A stretch of 64,000 nt of DNA from Sedimenticola sp. (GCA_026985055.1 JALSQZ010000008.1:21412-85411); one strand, 5' to 3'. Positions 1 to 10,150 are shown, numbered from the stretch's first letter. Translations and numbers: made by a program. The notes: generated by a model from the letters alone, not told the origin.

Positions 1-1
1 T

Positions 2-1129
2 ACGCCCTTGCTGGGCGCTATTCTCGCGGATGTGTGGTGGGGCAAGTACAAAACCATTCTGTTGCTTTCCCTGGTATATTGTGGAGGACATCTGGCTCTG
101 GCTCTGGATGATACCCGCCTGGGCCTGGCCATTGGTTTGGGGCTCATTGCCCTGGGCGCCGGAGGGATCAAGCCCTGTGTGTCGGCGCATGTCGGCGACC
201 AGTTTGGTCATGGCAACCGGGGATTGATCAGCCGGACCTTCGGTTGGTTCTACATGGCGATCAATGTCGGCGCCTTTGTCTCCACCTTGCTTACCCCCTG
301 GCTGCTGAAGCACCATGGGTCGCATTGGGCTTTTGGCGTGCCCGGTGTGCTCATGGCGCTGGCGACTTTCATGTTCTGGGCCGGGCGCAACAAATTTGTA
401 CATGTGCCGCCGGCGGGCAAGGCATTTCTGGGGGAGGCTTTTTCTCCCGGCAGCTTGCGCATATTCGGGCGTCTGGCGCTGATCTATGTGTTCATCGCCG
501 TATTCTGGGCGCTGTACGACCAGACCGGATCATCCTGGGTGCTGCAGGCCCAGCAGATGGATCGCCATCTGCTGGGATTCGAGCTGCTGCCTTCCCAGAT
601 CCAGGCGGTCAATCCCCTGCTCATCATTGTCCTTATTCCCCTGTTCAGCTATGTCATCTATCCGTTGCTGGGAAAGATCATCAAGCTCACTCCCATGCGC
701 AAGGTGGCCATGGGTTTCGGCCTGGCAGCGGCAGCTTTTGCTATTTCTTCCCTTGCCCAGGAACGCATCGATGCCGGCGCCATGCCCAGTGTTTCCTGGC
801 AGTTGCTGGCCTATCTGGTTCTTACCTGTGGTGAAGTCATGGTATCCATCACCGCCCTGGAATATTCCTATACCCAGGCGCCCCGCGCCATGAAATCCTT
901 TATCATGGCTCTGTTCATGCTTTCTGTTTCCCTAGGGAATATTTTCACCAGCGTGGTGAACTTTTTCATTCAGAAGGACGATGGCACGCTGATGTTGGAA
1001 GGAGCAGAATATTACTGGTTCTTTACTGTCCTGATGGCGGTTACAGCGGTAATCTTCGCCTTGCTCACGCCCTTGATCAAGGACAGGACGATTCTTCAGG
1101 TGAGCGAAGGGTCTTCCAGCGCGGCCTGA
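2..1129 (+). CDS. POT/PTR family proton-dependent oligopeptide transporter (5' truncated by window edge)
   Basis: Frame is open to the window start: (T)PLLGAILADxxWGKYKTI, GAGGIKPCVSAHVGDQF, FYMAINVGA and LYDQTGSSW motifs; many TM helices. Confidence 0.9.
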   Translation, partial: TPLLGAILADVWWGKYKTILLLSLVYCGGHLALALDDTRLGLAIGLGLIALGAGGIKPCVSAHVGDQFGHGNRGLISRTFGWFYMAINVGAFVSTLLTPWLLKHHGSHWAFGVPGVLMALATFMFWAGRNKFVHVPPAGKAFLGEAFSPGSLRIFGRLALIYVFIAVFWALYDQTGSSWVLQAQQMDRHLLGFELLPSQIQAVNPLLIIVLIPLFSYVIYPLLGKIIKLTPMRKVAMGFGLAAAAFAISSLAQERIDAGAMPSVSWQLLAYLVLTCGEVMVSITALEYSYTQAPRAMKSFIMALFMLSVSLGNIFTSVVNFFIQKDDGTLMLEGAEYYWFFTVLMAVTAVIFALLTPLIKDRTILQVSEGSSSAA

Positions 1130-1845
1130 ATGATGTTGCGCGAGGCTTCCGCCAGCCCTTTCCTGTCGTATTCGGTCGAGGTCAGGATGCTGGAAAAGCA
1201 CACATGTACCTCGCTTTTCCTGCGCGCCAGGATGCCGACAAGAATATAGAAAAAACTGCGCCCCGGCGTATAGGGAACCAGAGTATCCGGCTGGCCACTC
1301 ACACGGTAACAAAGGGCGACCGGGATGACGGGTTTGCCGGTGTCGATGGCCGCGCTGAACAGGCGCGGAAAGAAACGCCGTACTTTCCTGCCATCCGATG
1401 TGGTGCCTTCGGGAAATATGGCCATGCGCCGGTCCTCATTAAGGCGGGTAGCGATGGCTGCGGAGATGCGTTTGGCCTCATGATTGCCGCGGCGGATGAA
1501 AAGCGTACCGGAAGCGATGGCAAACCAGCCGATGACCGGCCAGTAGCGGATGCTGTTCTTGGAAAGGAATGCGGCGCCGGTAAGAGAATTGATCACCGGA
1601 ATATCCAGCCAGGAAACATGATTGGCCACCACCAGGCCGGTTTCCCCGGGTATTTTTCCATGTACGACAACTTCTACTCCGAGGATTTTCAGCAGCCGTG
1701 CTGACCAGTTCGCCACCGGCTGTGGATCGGGGTAGGATACGCCATCGGGAGCCTTGCGCTTGTGAATGCGCAGGCTCAGCCAGATACCTCCCAGGGTATG
1801 CAGGAGCAACAGTATAAATCGCCAGATCACCCTGAAGAGCATCAT
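1096..1845 (-). CDS. Lysophospholipid (1-acyl-sn-glycerol-3-phosphate) acyltransferase family protein
   Basis: NHVSWLD (HX4D) and FPEGT motifs. 3' end overlaps the POT gene convergently. Confidence 0.88.
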   Translation of the reverse strand: MMLFRVIWRFILLLLHTLGGIWLSLRIHKRKAPDGVSYPDPQPVANWSARLLKILGVEVVVHGKIPGETGLVVANHVSWLDIPVINSLTGAAFLSKNSIRYWPVIGWFAIASGTLFIRRGNHEAKRISAAIATRLNEDRRMAIFPEGTTSDGRKVRRFFPRLFSAAIDTGKPVIPVALCYRVSGQPDTLVPYTPGRSFFYILVGILARRKSEVHVCFSSILTSTEYDRKGLAEASRNIIQAALEDPSLT

Positions 1846-2393
1846 GGCTGTCGCTGCCTGGTATATTCGTACATGACGATGGAAGCGGCGATGCTAACGT
1901 TGAGGCTTTCCACCCGGCCAAACTGCGGGATGCGCAACAGACGGATATCCGGATACTCTTCGGGAGTGAAGCTCAAGCCAGTCTCTTCATGGCCGAAAAC
2001 AAAGGCGCTCTTGTCCGGCAGGGCTTCCTGATCCAGGGTTCTGTCGCTGTCCGGAGACAGGGCGTAGAGGTGGTAGCCCCGTTCCTGCAGATTTTTGTGG
2101 CTCTGGCTGAAATCCGCGAAAAAGCGTGCCGGTACCTGCCGGAAAGCACCCTTGGCCGGAGAGGGATCGAAGGGGCCGATGTCGATGAGCTGTACCTCGT
2201 GGGCGCCAAAAGCCTCGGCGCTGCGGAATATCTTGGGCACATTGTAGCCCGCCTTGAGCCGATCCAGTACGATAACAAATTCATGTATGCCGGGCTTTGC
2301 CAGCAGATTGCGGCGGCGGTTCTTTTCATAGGCGCGCAATATCTGCTCACGCCGGCGCTCGCGCAGCTTGCGCGCGGAGAGTTTTTCGGTCAT
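1842..2393 (-). CDS. TrmH/SpoU family RNA methyltransferase
   Basis: SPOUT motifs NVPKIFRSAEAFG, VFGHEETGL and IPQFGRVESLNVSIAA. Confidence 0.88.
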   Translation of the reverse strand: MTEKLSARKLRERRREQILRAYEKNRRRNLLAKPGIHEFVIVLDRLKAGYNVPKIFRSAEAFGAHEVQLIDIGPFDPSPAKGAFRQVPARFFADFSQSHKNLQERGYHLYALSPDSDRTLDQEALPDKSAFVFGHEETGLSFTPEEYPDIRLLRIPQFGRVESLNVSIAASIVMYEYTRQRQP

Positions 2394-2460
2394 GGAGTTG
2401 CTCTAAACTGTTAGAATAAGGGATTACCCCTATAATTTATCCAGAAACGCATTCTACCCC

Positions 2461-4335
2461 ATGTCCAGTACCCGCGAGCAATCATCCTCATCCTTGCTAG
2501 AACAGGTCGACCTGCCGGAAGACCTGCGTCTGCTGGAAGCGGATCAGCTACAGCCGCTGGCGGACGAACTGCGTGAATTTCTGGTAAAGAGTGTTTCCCG
2601 TACTGGCGGGCATCTGGCCGCCGGCCTGGGCGTGGTGGAACTCACTGTGGCGCTGCATTATGTGTTCGACACTCCCAGGGACAAGCTGATCTGGGACGTG
2701 GGTCATCAGGCCTATCCGCACAAGATTCTTACCGGTCGCAGGGAGCGTATGGATAGTCTGCGCCAGAAAGGCGGCTTGTCGGGTTTTCTGAAATGCAGTG
2801 AATCCGAATATGATGCCTTTGGCGCCGGTCATTCCAGTACGTCCATCAGCGCCGCCCTGGGCATGGCCATCGCCGCCAAGACGGAAAACATACAGCGTGA
2901 ACATATTGCGGTTATCGGCGACGGCGCGCTTTCCGCAGGGATGGCTTTCGAGGCCTTGAATCATGCTGGCGCCCTGGACATGGATCTTTTGGTCGTGCTC
3001 AATGACAATGACATGTCCATTTCCAATCCCGTGGGTGCGGTGAGCAACTACCTGGCGCGGGTTCTGTCCAGCCGCTTCTACAACCGGATGCGGGAAGGTG
3101 GCAAAAATGTCCTCGGCGTGATGCCAGGCATGCGGGATCTCATGGATCGCTGGGAAGAGCACATGAAAGGCATGCTGATTCCCGGCACCCTGTTCGAGGA
3201 ACTGGGCTTCAATTACATCGGCCCCATCGATGGTCATGATCTGCCTTTGCTGCTGCAAACCCTGCGCAACATGAAGCAGATGCGTGGTCCGCGCTTCCTC
3301 CACGTGGTTACCCAGAAAGGCAAGGGCTTCGCCCCCGCGGAGGGTGATCCATGTGTCTATCATGGGGTGGGGCCTTTCGATCCGGATACCGGTGAGCAAA
3401 ATGGTTCCGGCGGAGAAGGTCAGACGTATACCCAGGTGTTTTCCGACTGGATCTGTGATCAGGCGGCAAAAGACGAGCGTCTGCTGGCGATCACTCCCGC
3501 CATGTGTGAAGGCTCCGGTCTGGTGCGTTTTGCCATGGAATTTCCTGATCGTTATTTCGATGTGGGCATCGCCGAACAGCATGCGGTGACGCTGGCGGCA
3601 GGCATGGCCTGTGATGGCATGAAACCCGTGGTGGCCATCTATTCCACCTTTCTGCAACGCGCCTATGACCAGCTCATTCACGATGTGGCGCTGCAGAATC
3701 TGGATGTCACCCTCGCCGTGGACCGGGCGGGACTGGTGGGCGCTGATGGCGCCACTCACGCGGGCGCCTTTGATCTGAGTTATGCCCGTTGTATCCCGAA
3801 CATGGCCATACTCGCGCCTGCCGATGAAGATGAGTGCTATCGCATGTTGCAGGCCGCCTGGGAACATCCTGGTCCGGCCATGGTGCGTTATCCCCGGGGC
3901 AAGGGCCCTGGTGTGGCGGTGTTACCAACTCATTCCGGTCTTCCCTGGGGAAAAGGGGAAGTGCGGCGCGAAGGCAAGGCTGTTGCGCTGCTGTGCTTCG
4001 GCAGCATGTTGGCTGCCGGTCTGGAAGTGGCGGAAGAGCTGGATGCGACGCTGGTGAATATGCGTTTTATCAAGCCTTTGGATATGGATTTGCTAAAGGA
4101 AATGGCCGCCCGTCATGAATTGCTGGTTACCCTGGAGGAGAATGCCCTCATGGGTGGTGCGGGTTCCGCAGTGACCGAGGCGCTCAGTGGCGAAGGAATC
4201 AGTCTTCCCGTTCTTCAGTTTGGCCTGCCGGATGAATACCTGGAACAGGGCAGCCAGCAGGAGCAGCTGGAAATGGCCGGGCTCACCGCGCCCCAGATCC
4301 TTGAGGCGTTGCGGCAGTATCTGAGCAACTCCTGA
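2461..4335 (+). CDS. dxs: 1-deoxy-D-xylulose-5-phosphate synthase
   Basis: [38 protein letters not shown] (ThDP-binding) and [10 protein letters not shown] motifs; 624 aa. Confidence 0.97.
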   Translation: MSSTREQSSSSLLEQVDLPEDLRLLEADQLQPLADELREFLVKSVSRTGGHLAAGLGVVELTVALHYVFDTPRDKLIWDVGHQAYPHKILTGRRERMDSLRQKGGLSGFLKCSESEYDAFGAGHSSTSISAALGMAIAAKTENIQREHIAVIGDGALSAGMAFEALNHAGALDMDLLVVLNDNDMSISNPVGAVSNYLARVLSSRFYNRMREGGKNVLGVMPGMRDLMDRWEEHMKGMLIPGTLFEELGFNYIGPIDGHDLPLLLQTLRNMKQMRGPRFLHVVTQKGKGFAPAEGDPCVYHGVGPFDPDTGEQNGSGGEGQTYTQVFSDWICDQAAKDERLLAITPAMCEGSGLVRFAMEFPDRYFDVGIAEQHAVTLAAGMACDGMKPVVAIYSTFLQRAYDQLIHDVALQNLDVTLAVDRAGLVGADGATHAGAFDLSYARCIPNMAILAPADEDECYRMLQAAWEHPGPAMVRYPRGKGPGVAVLPTHSGLPWGKGEVRREGKAVALLCFGSMLAAGLEVAEELDATLVNMRFIKPLDMDLLKEMAARHELLVTLEENALMGGAGSAVTEALSGEGISLPVLQFGLPDEYLEQGSQQEQLEMAGLTAPQILEALRQYLSNS

Positions 4336-4381
4336 ATACTGCACATCCCGAAAACCCAGGATTTCCTTCTTTTGTGCCCGG

Positions 4382-5734
4382 TCAGCGGGGTATTGGCTGG
4401 GAGAAGAAGTCGAAAAACAGCCACATGATGAGGCTGGATGTGGCCAGGCTTAGGAGCATGGCCGGTGTGCCCTTGCGGAACCACAGCCCCGGGGTTACGC
4501 GCAAGTCGGGGTTTCCGGTTTCCTTTGCTACTCGCTCCGACAGGGTAACGATGAATACGTTGGCGGTAGAGCCCAGATGGGTACCGTTGCCACCCATGCC
4601 CACACCCACCGCCAGTGACCACCAAAGCGGCGCCACGTTGATGCCTTGTTGTTCCATGCCCATGATGATTGGGATCATGGCTGCGGTAAACGGGATGTTG
4701 TCGATCATTGCGGACAGTATCGCGGCTACCCACATGAGCAGTATGGAAGCGAGGAGCAGATCGGATTCCACAAAGGGCCGTATGAACTGCCCCAGATATT
4801 CAAGAAAATGGCTGTGTTCCACGCCGCCAACCAATACGAACAGGGACATGAAAAACATCAGCAGGCTCAGTTCTATCTGTTCCAGCGAAGCATCCATGTC
4901 CACATTTTTCGATATCAGCAGCAGGATGGACAAGCCCAATACCGCCACTACCCAGGGTTCCCAGTGCAGGTGATGGTGAAAGATAAAGAATACCACCATG
5001 ATTCCCAGCACCAACAGGGACATGCGCCAGGTATGGGGATCGGCAAGTTTTTCCTGTGCGCTGAAGTCCCGGGGGTTGGTCTTGATGCTCAATTCCTTGT
5101 GGAAAAGGAAACGCAGGGCGATAAGAATGACGACCCAGGCTACTGTCACCATGCCGCCCATCTTGATAATGAAAGTGTTGAAATCGATGTGGGCGGCGGA
5201 ACCAATCATCAGGTTGGGCGGGTCACCCACCAGGGTGGCGACACCCCCGGTATCTGAAAGCAGGGCGGCGGCCAGCAGATAAGGCACCGGCGAGGTTCTC
5301 AATGCCTGGGCAATGAGCACGATCAGTGGCCCGAAAATAACCACCGTGGTGACATTGTCGAGAAGCAGGGATATGACGGTTACTGCCGTGCCCAGCAGCG
5401 CCATGAGCAGAAACTGGCGGCCCTTGCTGAAATCCGCGATACGATAGGCCAGCGCCTGGAAGCCTCCGGTGGGGATCATTATGGCTACGATGGTCATCAT
5501 GGCACCAAGCAGGAACACCACGTTCCAATCGATGGCCTCCAGCGCCATTTGTGGGTCGTAGAATCCCATGAGCTGACCGGCCAGAACCATCATCGCGGCA
5601 CCGCCCATGGCGAATTTGGTACGGTGGAATCCATGCACCCCTTCGGTGAAGATGCCGATAAAAGTACCTGCCAGAATCAGGCCGGATACGGCCATATTGC
5701 TGTTCCAGGTCAGGGTTTCGGTAATCGCTTCCAT
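4382..5734 (-). CDS. ArsB/NhaD/SLC13-like (IT superfamily) permease
   Basis: LLDNVTTVVI, GGVATLVGDPPNLMIG, IDNIPFTAAM and GGNGTHLGSTAN motifs; about 12 TM helices. Confidence 0.85.
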   Translation of the reverse strand: MEAITETLTWNSNMAVSGLILAGTFIGIFTEGVHGFHRTKFAMGGAAMMVLAGQLMGFYDPQMALEAIDWNVVFLLGAMMTIVAIMIPTGGFQALAYRIADFSKGRQFLLMALLGTAVTVISLLLDNVTTVVIFGPLIVLIAQALRTSPVPYLLAAALLSDTGGVATLVGDPPNLMIGSAAHIDFNTFIIKMGGMVTVAWVVILIALRFLFHKELSIKTNPRDFSAQEKLADPHTWRMSLLVLGIMVVFFIFHHHLHWEPWVVAVLGLSILLLISKNVDMDASLEQIELSLLMFFMSLFVLVGGVEHSHFLEYLGQFIRPFVESDLLLASILLMWVAAILSAMIDNIPFTAAMIPIIMGMEQQGINVAPLWWSLAVGVGMGGNGTHLGSTANVFIVTLSERVAKETGNPDLRVTPGLWFRKGTPAMLLSLATSSLIMWLFFDFFSQPIPR

Positions 5735-5891
5735 AGTTTCACCTGGTTTTTACTGAACGATGCCTTTGAGGATTCAGGATAACTGCATGAATCGGGAAGT
5801 GGTCTGTGGGGCGGCTGTAGAGCGAGGTGTTTTTATTGTGGCCATCCTGCATGAGGTGGCAGGATGGCCGTGGTTGTTCCGATCGTGAAGA

Positions 5892-6764
5892 TCAGCCGCG
5901 CTCGTGCATCATTTTGTCGATGATGGGGCCGAGGATGATTTCCATGGCGAAACCCATCTTGCCGCCGGGTACTACGATGGTGTTGCGGCGGGACATGAAG
6001 CTGTCGGGAATCATGTTGAGCAGATAGGGGAAATCCGTGTCGAATTTCTCCGGATCGGCAAAACGGATAACTACAAAACTCTCATCCGGGGTCGGAATGT
6101 CACGGGCGATGAAAGGGTTGGATGTATCCACCGTGGCCACACGCTGGAAGTTGATGTCCGTACGGGAGAACTGCGGGGTGATGTGATTGATGTAGTCCGG
6201 CATGCGGCGCATGATGGTCTCTACGGTAGCTTCCGCAGAGTAGCCGCGTTCCTTGGCATCGCGGTGAATCTTCTGAATCCATTCCAGGTTGACCACGGGA
6301 ACCACGCCAATGCCCAGATCCACCTGGCTGGCTACGTCGTGTTCTTTGGTGACCACCATGCCGTGCAAGCCTTCATAGAACAGCAGATCCGTACCTGCGG
6401 GGATATCTTCCCAGGGTGTGAATTCACCAGGATTCTTGTCCGTTCCCAGGCGTTCATTGTGTTCGTCGGCTTCTTCCTGGCTGTGCAGGTAATAGCGTTT
6501 CTGGCCGCTGCCGGTTTCGCCGTAGGTCTTGAACAGTTCTTCCAGTTTGTCGAAACGGTTGGCTTCGGGACCAAAATGGCTCATGTGTTCTTCAGCCATT
6601 TTCACTTTCATCTCGGCCCGGTCGTAGCGGTGGAAACTGTCGCCTTCGACGATGGCGGCCTTTATGCCTTCCCGGGTAAAAATGTGCTCGAAGGCGCGTT
6701 TTACCGTGGTGGTGCCAGCGCCGGATGAACCGGTTACAACAACAACGGGGTGCTTCTTGGACAT
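5892..6764 (-). CDS. prkB: Phosphoribulokinase (Calvin cycle)
   Basis: Starts MSKKHPVVVVTGSSGAGTT (ATG 6764, GGAG upstream); EGDSFHRYDR, LLFYEGLHG, INFQRV and SRRNTIVVPGGKM motifs; 290 aa. Confidence 0.95.
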   Translation of the reverse strand: MSKKHPVVVVTGSSGAGTTTVKRAFEHIFTREGIKAAIVEGDSFHRYDRAEMKVKMAEEHMSHFGPEANRFDKLEELFKTYGETGSGQKRYYLHSQEEADEHNERLGTDKNPGEFTPWEDIPAGTDLLFYEGLHGMVVTKEHDVASQVDLGIGVVPVVNLEWIQKIHRDAKERGYSAEATVETIMRRMPDYINHITPQFSRTDINFQRVATVDTSNPFIARDIPTPDESFVVIRFADPEKFDTDFPYLLNMIPDSFMSRRNTIVVPGGKMGFAMEIILGPIIDKMMHERG

Positions 6765-6914
6765 GAGATTCTCCCAAAAATCATATTTACAGAATAGTCG
6801 AACGGTTAAGTGCGCTTCCGGCGAAGCCAGGCGCTTAACGATTGAACCACTCAATCGTGAGACTATACCACAACCGGGAATATTCTGAATTGAGCCGAAA
6901 AGTTGTCGAATATG

Positions 6915-7065
6915 GGGTATCTCGAAAAATCGGGATGCCCGCGCGGGACAAGGGTGTCCCGCCATTTTCGATCACAGCAAGTGATTGAAAATGTGAGCAA
7001 ACCGGAAATCGCATTTTCGGTTTGCGACGAGAAAAATTCCAAGGAGGGAATTTTTCGAGATCCTC
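6915..7065 (+). mobile_element. MITE-like repeat family A, copy 1 (151 bp)
   Basis: Ends GGGTATCTCGAAAAAT ... ATTTTTCGAGATCCTC are imperfect TIRs; 4-bp flanks TATG/GATG. Homologous to 43633-43783 (reverse) and 55971-56090. Confidence 0.8.
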
Positions 7066-7116
7066 GATGGGGGTGACTCGACTGCGGTGGAGAAAAATGG
7101 ACTGCTCAGCATCCGC

Positions 7117-8538
7117 TCAGAAGAGCCCCTTGTTTATCCACATATGGGTGGCAATGCTGGCGGCATAGCCTGCGGCGATCACCGGCATCCATTTCAAATG
7201 GCCGAAAAAGGTGTATTGTCCCCGGGCCTGCCCCATGAGGGCTACTCCGGCAGCGGAGCCAATGGAAAGCAGTGACCCACCTACACCAGCAGTCAGGGTA
7301 ACCAGCAGCCACTGACCGGCGGACATGTCGGGCAACATGGTGAGAACGGCGAACATTACCGGAATATTGTCCACAATGGCCGACATGATTCCCACGGCGA
7401 TATTGGCGCTGGTGGCCCCCCATTGGCTGTACATGACTTCGGAGGCCATGGACAGATAGCCGATAAAGCCCAGTCCGCCCACGCACAGCACCACGCCATA
7501 GAAAAAGAACAGGGTGTCCCACTCCGCCCGGGCTACGCTGCTGAAGATATCGAAAGCCACCGGGTCACCGATGCGGCCGGCTCGCTCGGCAGCCTTGGGG
7601 GTTTCCCGGCGGGTGCGGCTCATGCGCAGGTAATAGCCGAAGAATTGCAGATAGGCCAGACCCGTGAGCATGCCTACTACAGGAGGCAGACGCAAATGGT
7701 TGTGAAAGAAGACCGCGGTGGCGATGGTGAGCAGGAACAGGGCGATAATGCGCCGCGCGCCGCGTTTCATGCCGGCGGATTCCGCTATCGGATCAGGATG
7801 TGCCGCCGGTACGGAAAAACTCATGATGCTGGCGGGAAGCAGCCAGTTCACCACGGCTGGCAGGAACAAGGCAAAAAAGGACCAGAAACTGATCATGCCC
7901 TGATCGGTGGTGATTTCCTTCTGCCACACCATCAGGGTAGTGATGTCGCCAAAGGGACTGAAGGCACCACCCGCATTGGCGGCGATGACGATGTTTATAC
8001 AGGAAAGGGAGATGAATTTCCGGTTGGTGCCGCCCACGGCCAGCACCACGGCGCACATCAGCAGGGCGGTGGTCAGGTTGTCGGCAATGGGGGAAATGAA
8101 GAAGGCCAGCAGACCGGTAACCCAGAACAGGCTGCGGAATCCCAGTCCCTTGCGCACCAGCCAGATGCGCAGATTCTCGAATACCAGCCGTTCATCCATG
8201 GCGTTGATATAGGTCATGGCTACCAGCAGGAACAGCATCAGTTCAGCGTACTCCAGCAGGTTGTGGCGCACAGCGTGTTCCGCCTCGGTGGTAAAACCGT
8301 GGCTTTGGTATACCAGGGCAATCAGCGCCCAGATGATACCTGCTGCGAGCATGACCGGCTTGGACTTGCGCAGATGCGTGAATTCCTCTGCCATGACCAG
8401 CAGATAGGCGATGAAAAAGATCGCCAGCGAGGCAAAGCCCACCCAGTGGTCAGTGAGATCGATATGGGGCTCACCTGCTGCGAGCAGGGAGCCAGGTACT
8501 GAAAGGAGCAAAAAGCCCGTGAGTCCGCCTTTCATCAA
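7117..8538 (-). CDS. nhaD: NhaD-type Na+/H+ antiporter (paralogue 1)
   Basis: AEEFTHLRKSKPV, ISPIADNLTTALLM, GGAFSPFGDITTLMVWQ and VGGSLLSIGSAAGVALMG motifs; 473 aa. Confidence 0.9.
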   Translation of the reverse strand: MMKGGLTGFLLLSVPGSLLAAGEPHIDLTDHWVGFASLAIFFIAYLLVMAEEFTHLRKSKPVMLAAGIIWALIALVYQSHGFTTEAEHAVRHNLLEYAELMLFLLVAMTYINAMDERLVFENLRIWLVRKGLGFRSLFWVTGLLAFFISPIADNLTTALLMCAVVLAVGGTNRKFISLSCINIVIAANAGGAFSPFGDITTLMVWQKEITTDQGMISFWSFFALFLPAVVNWLLPASIMSFSVPAAHPDPIAESAGMKRGARRIIALFLLTIATAVFFHNHLRLPPVVGMLTGLAYLQFFGYYLRMSRTRRETPKAAERAGRIGDPVAFDIFSSVARAEWDTLFFFYGVVLCVGGLGFIGYLSMASEVMYSQWGATSANIAVGIMSAIVDNIPVMFAVLTMLPDMSAGQWLLVTLTAGVGGSLLSIGSAAGVALMGQARGQYTFFGHLKWMPVIAAGYAASIATHMWINKGLF

Positions 8539-8614
8539 AATATTCTGTTTCCCGTGGTGGTTTTTGGAAAAGAATACAGGAACTTGCGGATTTGTGCCTG
8601 GTGGCCGGTTTCCT

Positions 8615-10036
8615 TCAGGAAAACAGGGCGCTGTTCAGCCAGAAATGGAGGGCGATGGCGGCGGCATAACCCAGAGCAATGACCGGTGCCCATTTCAAAT
8701 GGCCAAAGAAGGTATATTTTCCGCGGGCCTGGCCCATGAGCGCTACGCCGGCGGCGGAGCCGATGGACAGCAGGGAGCCGCCCACGCCCGCTGTCATGGT
8801 GACCAGCAACCAGTCGCCCAGTGACATGTCCGGCATCATGGTAAGCACCGCAAACATGACGGGAATGTTATCCACGATTGCGGACATCAGACCCACGGCG
8901 ATATTGGCGGTGTCCGCGCCCCATTGCAGATACATGACTTCAGAGGCAATCGTCAGATAACCAATGAATCCCAGGCCGCCCACGCACATCACCACGCCAT
9001 AGAAGAACAGCAGGGTGTCCCATTCGGCTCCGGCCACTTTGGTGAAGACATCGAAAGCCACGGGATCACCGATATGCCCGGATTCCTCGGCAAGCGCCTG
9101 GGATTCCTCCGCGGTACGGGTCTTCTTCAGGTAGTAGCCAAAGAACTGCAGATAACCAAGGCCGGTCATCATGCCGATTACCGGCGGAATGTCGAGAAAG
9201 TTGTGAAAACTCACTGCGGTGACGATGGTAAGCAGGAACAGGCTGATGATGCGCTTTGCCCCCCTGAGCATGCCGCTGCTGGCCTGTACCGGTGCGGGTT
9301 TTTCCCGGGGTACCGCCAGCGCCATGATGGCTGCCGGAACCAGCCAGTTGACCAGAGAAGGAAGGAACAGATGGAAGAATGTCCAGAAATCCACGGGGCC
9401 TTGTGCTGTCTGAATGTTTTTCTGCCAGACCATAAGTGTGGTGATGTCGCCAAAGGGGCTGAAGGCGCCGCCGGCATTGGCAGCCACTACGATGTTGATG
9501 CATGCCAGTAGTACAAAGCGGTGGTTGTCTCCGGCCACTGCCAGTACCACAGCGCACATGAGCAGTGCGGTGGTCAGGTTGTCGGCGACGGGAGAGATAA
9601 AAAAGGCCAGCAGGCCCGTGATCCAGAACAGAGCGCGGAAACCCAGTCCCTTGCGCACCAGCCAGATGCGCAGGTTTTCGAACACCAGTCGCTCTTCCAT
9701 GGCGTTTATGTATGTCATGGCCACGAGCAGAAACAGCATCAGCTCTGCGTATTCGAGCAGGTTGTGGCGGATTGCATGTTCCACCTCATGAGGCAGTCCC
9801 TGACTGTGGTACACCCAGGCGATAACCGTCCAGATGATGCCTGCGGCTATGATGACGGGCTTGGATTTGCGCAAATGCGTGAATTCCTCGGCCATGACCA
9901 GCAGATAAGCGCCGAGAAACACCATCAGGGCAAGATAACCGGCCCAGTGATCGGTGAGATCCAGGGAGTGCTCGGATGCCCGGCCCAAAGATGGCAGCAA
10001 CAGAATTGCCAGGCTGAAAAAGATTTTCTTTGACAT
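8615..10036 (-). CDS. nhaD: NhaD-type Na+/H+ antiporter (paralogue 2)
   Basis: Same motifs and same length (473 aa) as 7117-8538. Confidence 0.9.
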   Translation of the reverse strand: MSKKIFFSLAILLLPSLGRASEHSLDLTDHWAGYLALMVFLGAYLLVMAEEFTHLRKSKPVIIAAGIIWTVIAWVYHSQGLPHEVEHAIRHNLLEYAELMLFLLVAMTYINAMEERLVFENLRIWLVRKGLGFRALFWITGLLAFFISPVADNLTTALLMCAVVLAVAGDNHRFVLLACINIVVAANAGGAFSPFGDITTLMVWQKNIQTAQGPVDFWTFFHLFLPSLVNWLVPAAIMALAVPREKPAPVQASSGMLRGAKRIISLFLLTIVTAVSFHNFLDIPPVIGMMTGLGYLQFFGYYLKKTRTAEESQALAEESGHIGDPVAFDVFTKVAGAEWDTLLFFYGVVMCVGGLGFIGYLTIASEVMYLQWGADTANIAVGLMSAIVDNIPVMFAVLTMMPDMSLGDWLLVTMTAGVGGSLLSIGSAAGVALMGQARGKYTFFGHLKWAPVIALGYAAAIALHFWLNSALFS

Positions 10037-10046
10037 GGGTCAAGTC

Positions 10047-10144
10047 TCTCCCGTCAGGCCCACGTTGGCGGGCCGGACATCTTGTACAGGGGTTGTATTC
10101 CGGCGAGCTGCCTTGTCAGGGCAGCCGGCGCGGCTGACGGGAGA
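10047..10144 (-). promoter_or_regulatory. Candidate structured 5' leader (RBS-sequestering stem) of nhaD
   Basis: Perfect 11-bp inverted repeat TCTCCCGTCAG (10047-57) / CTGACGGGAGA (10134-44) enclosing smaller hairpins. On the mRNA the 3' arm contains the GGGAGA SD-like sequence. Confidence 0.45.
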
Positions 10145-10150
10145 CAGGAA

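Noticed and set aside
5840-5869. 11-bp hairpin GGCCATCCTGC/GCAGGATGGCC downstream of prkB as an intrinsic terminator
   Set aside because: No U-tract follows on the transcribed (minus) strand. It may be a stabilising hairpin, but a terminator call is unsupported.
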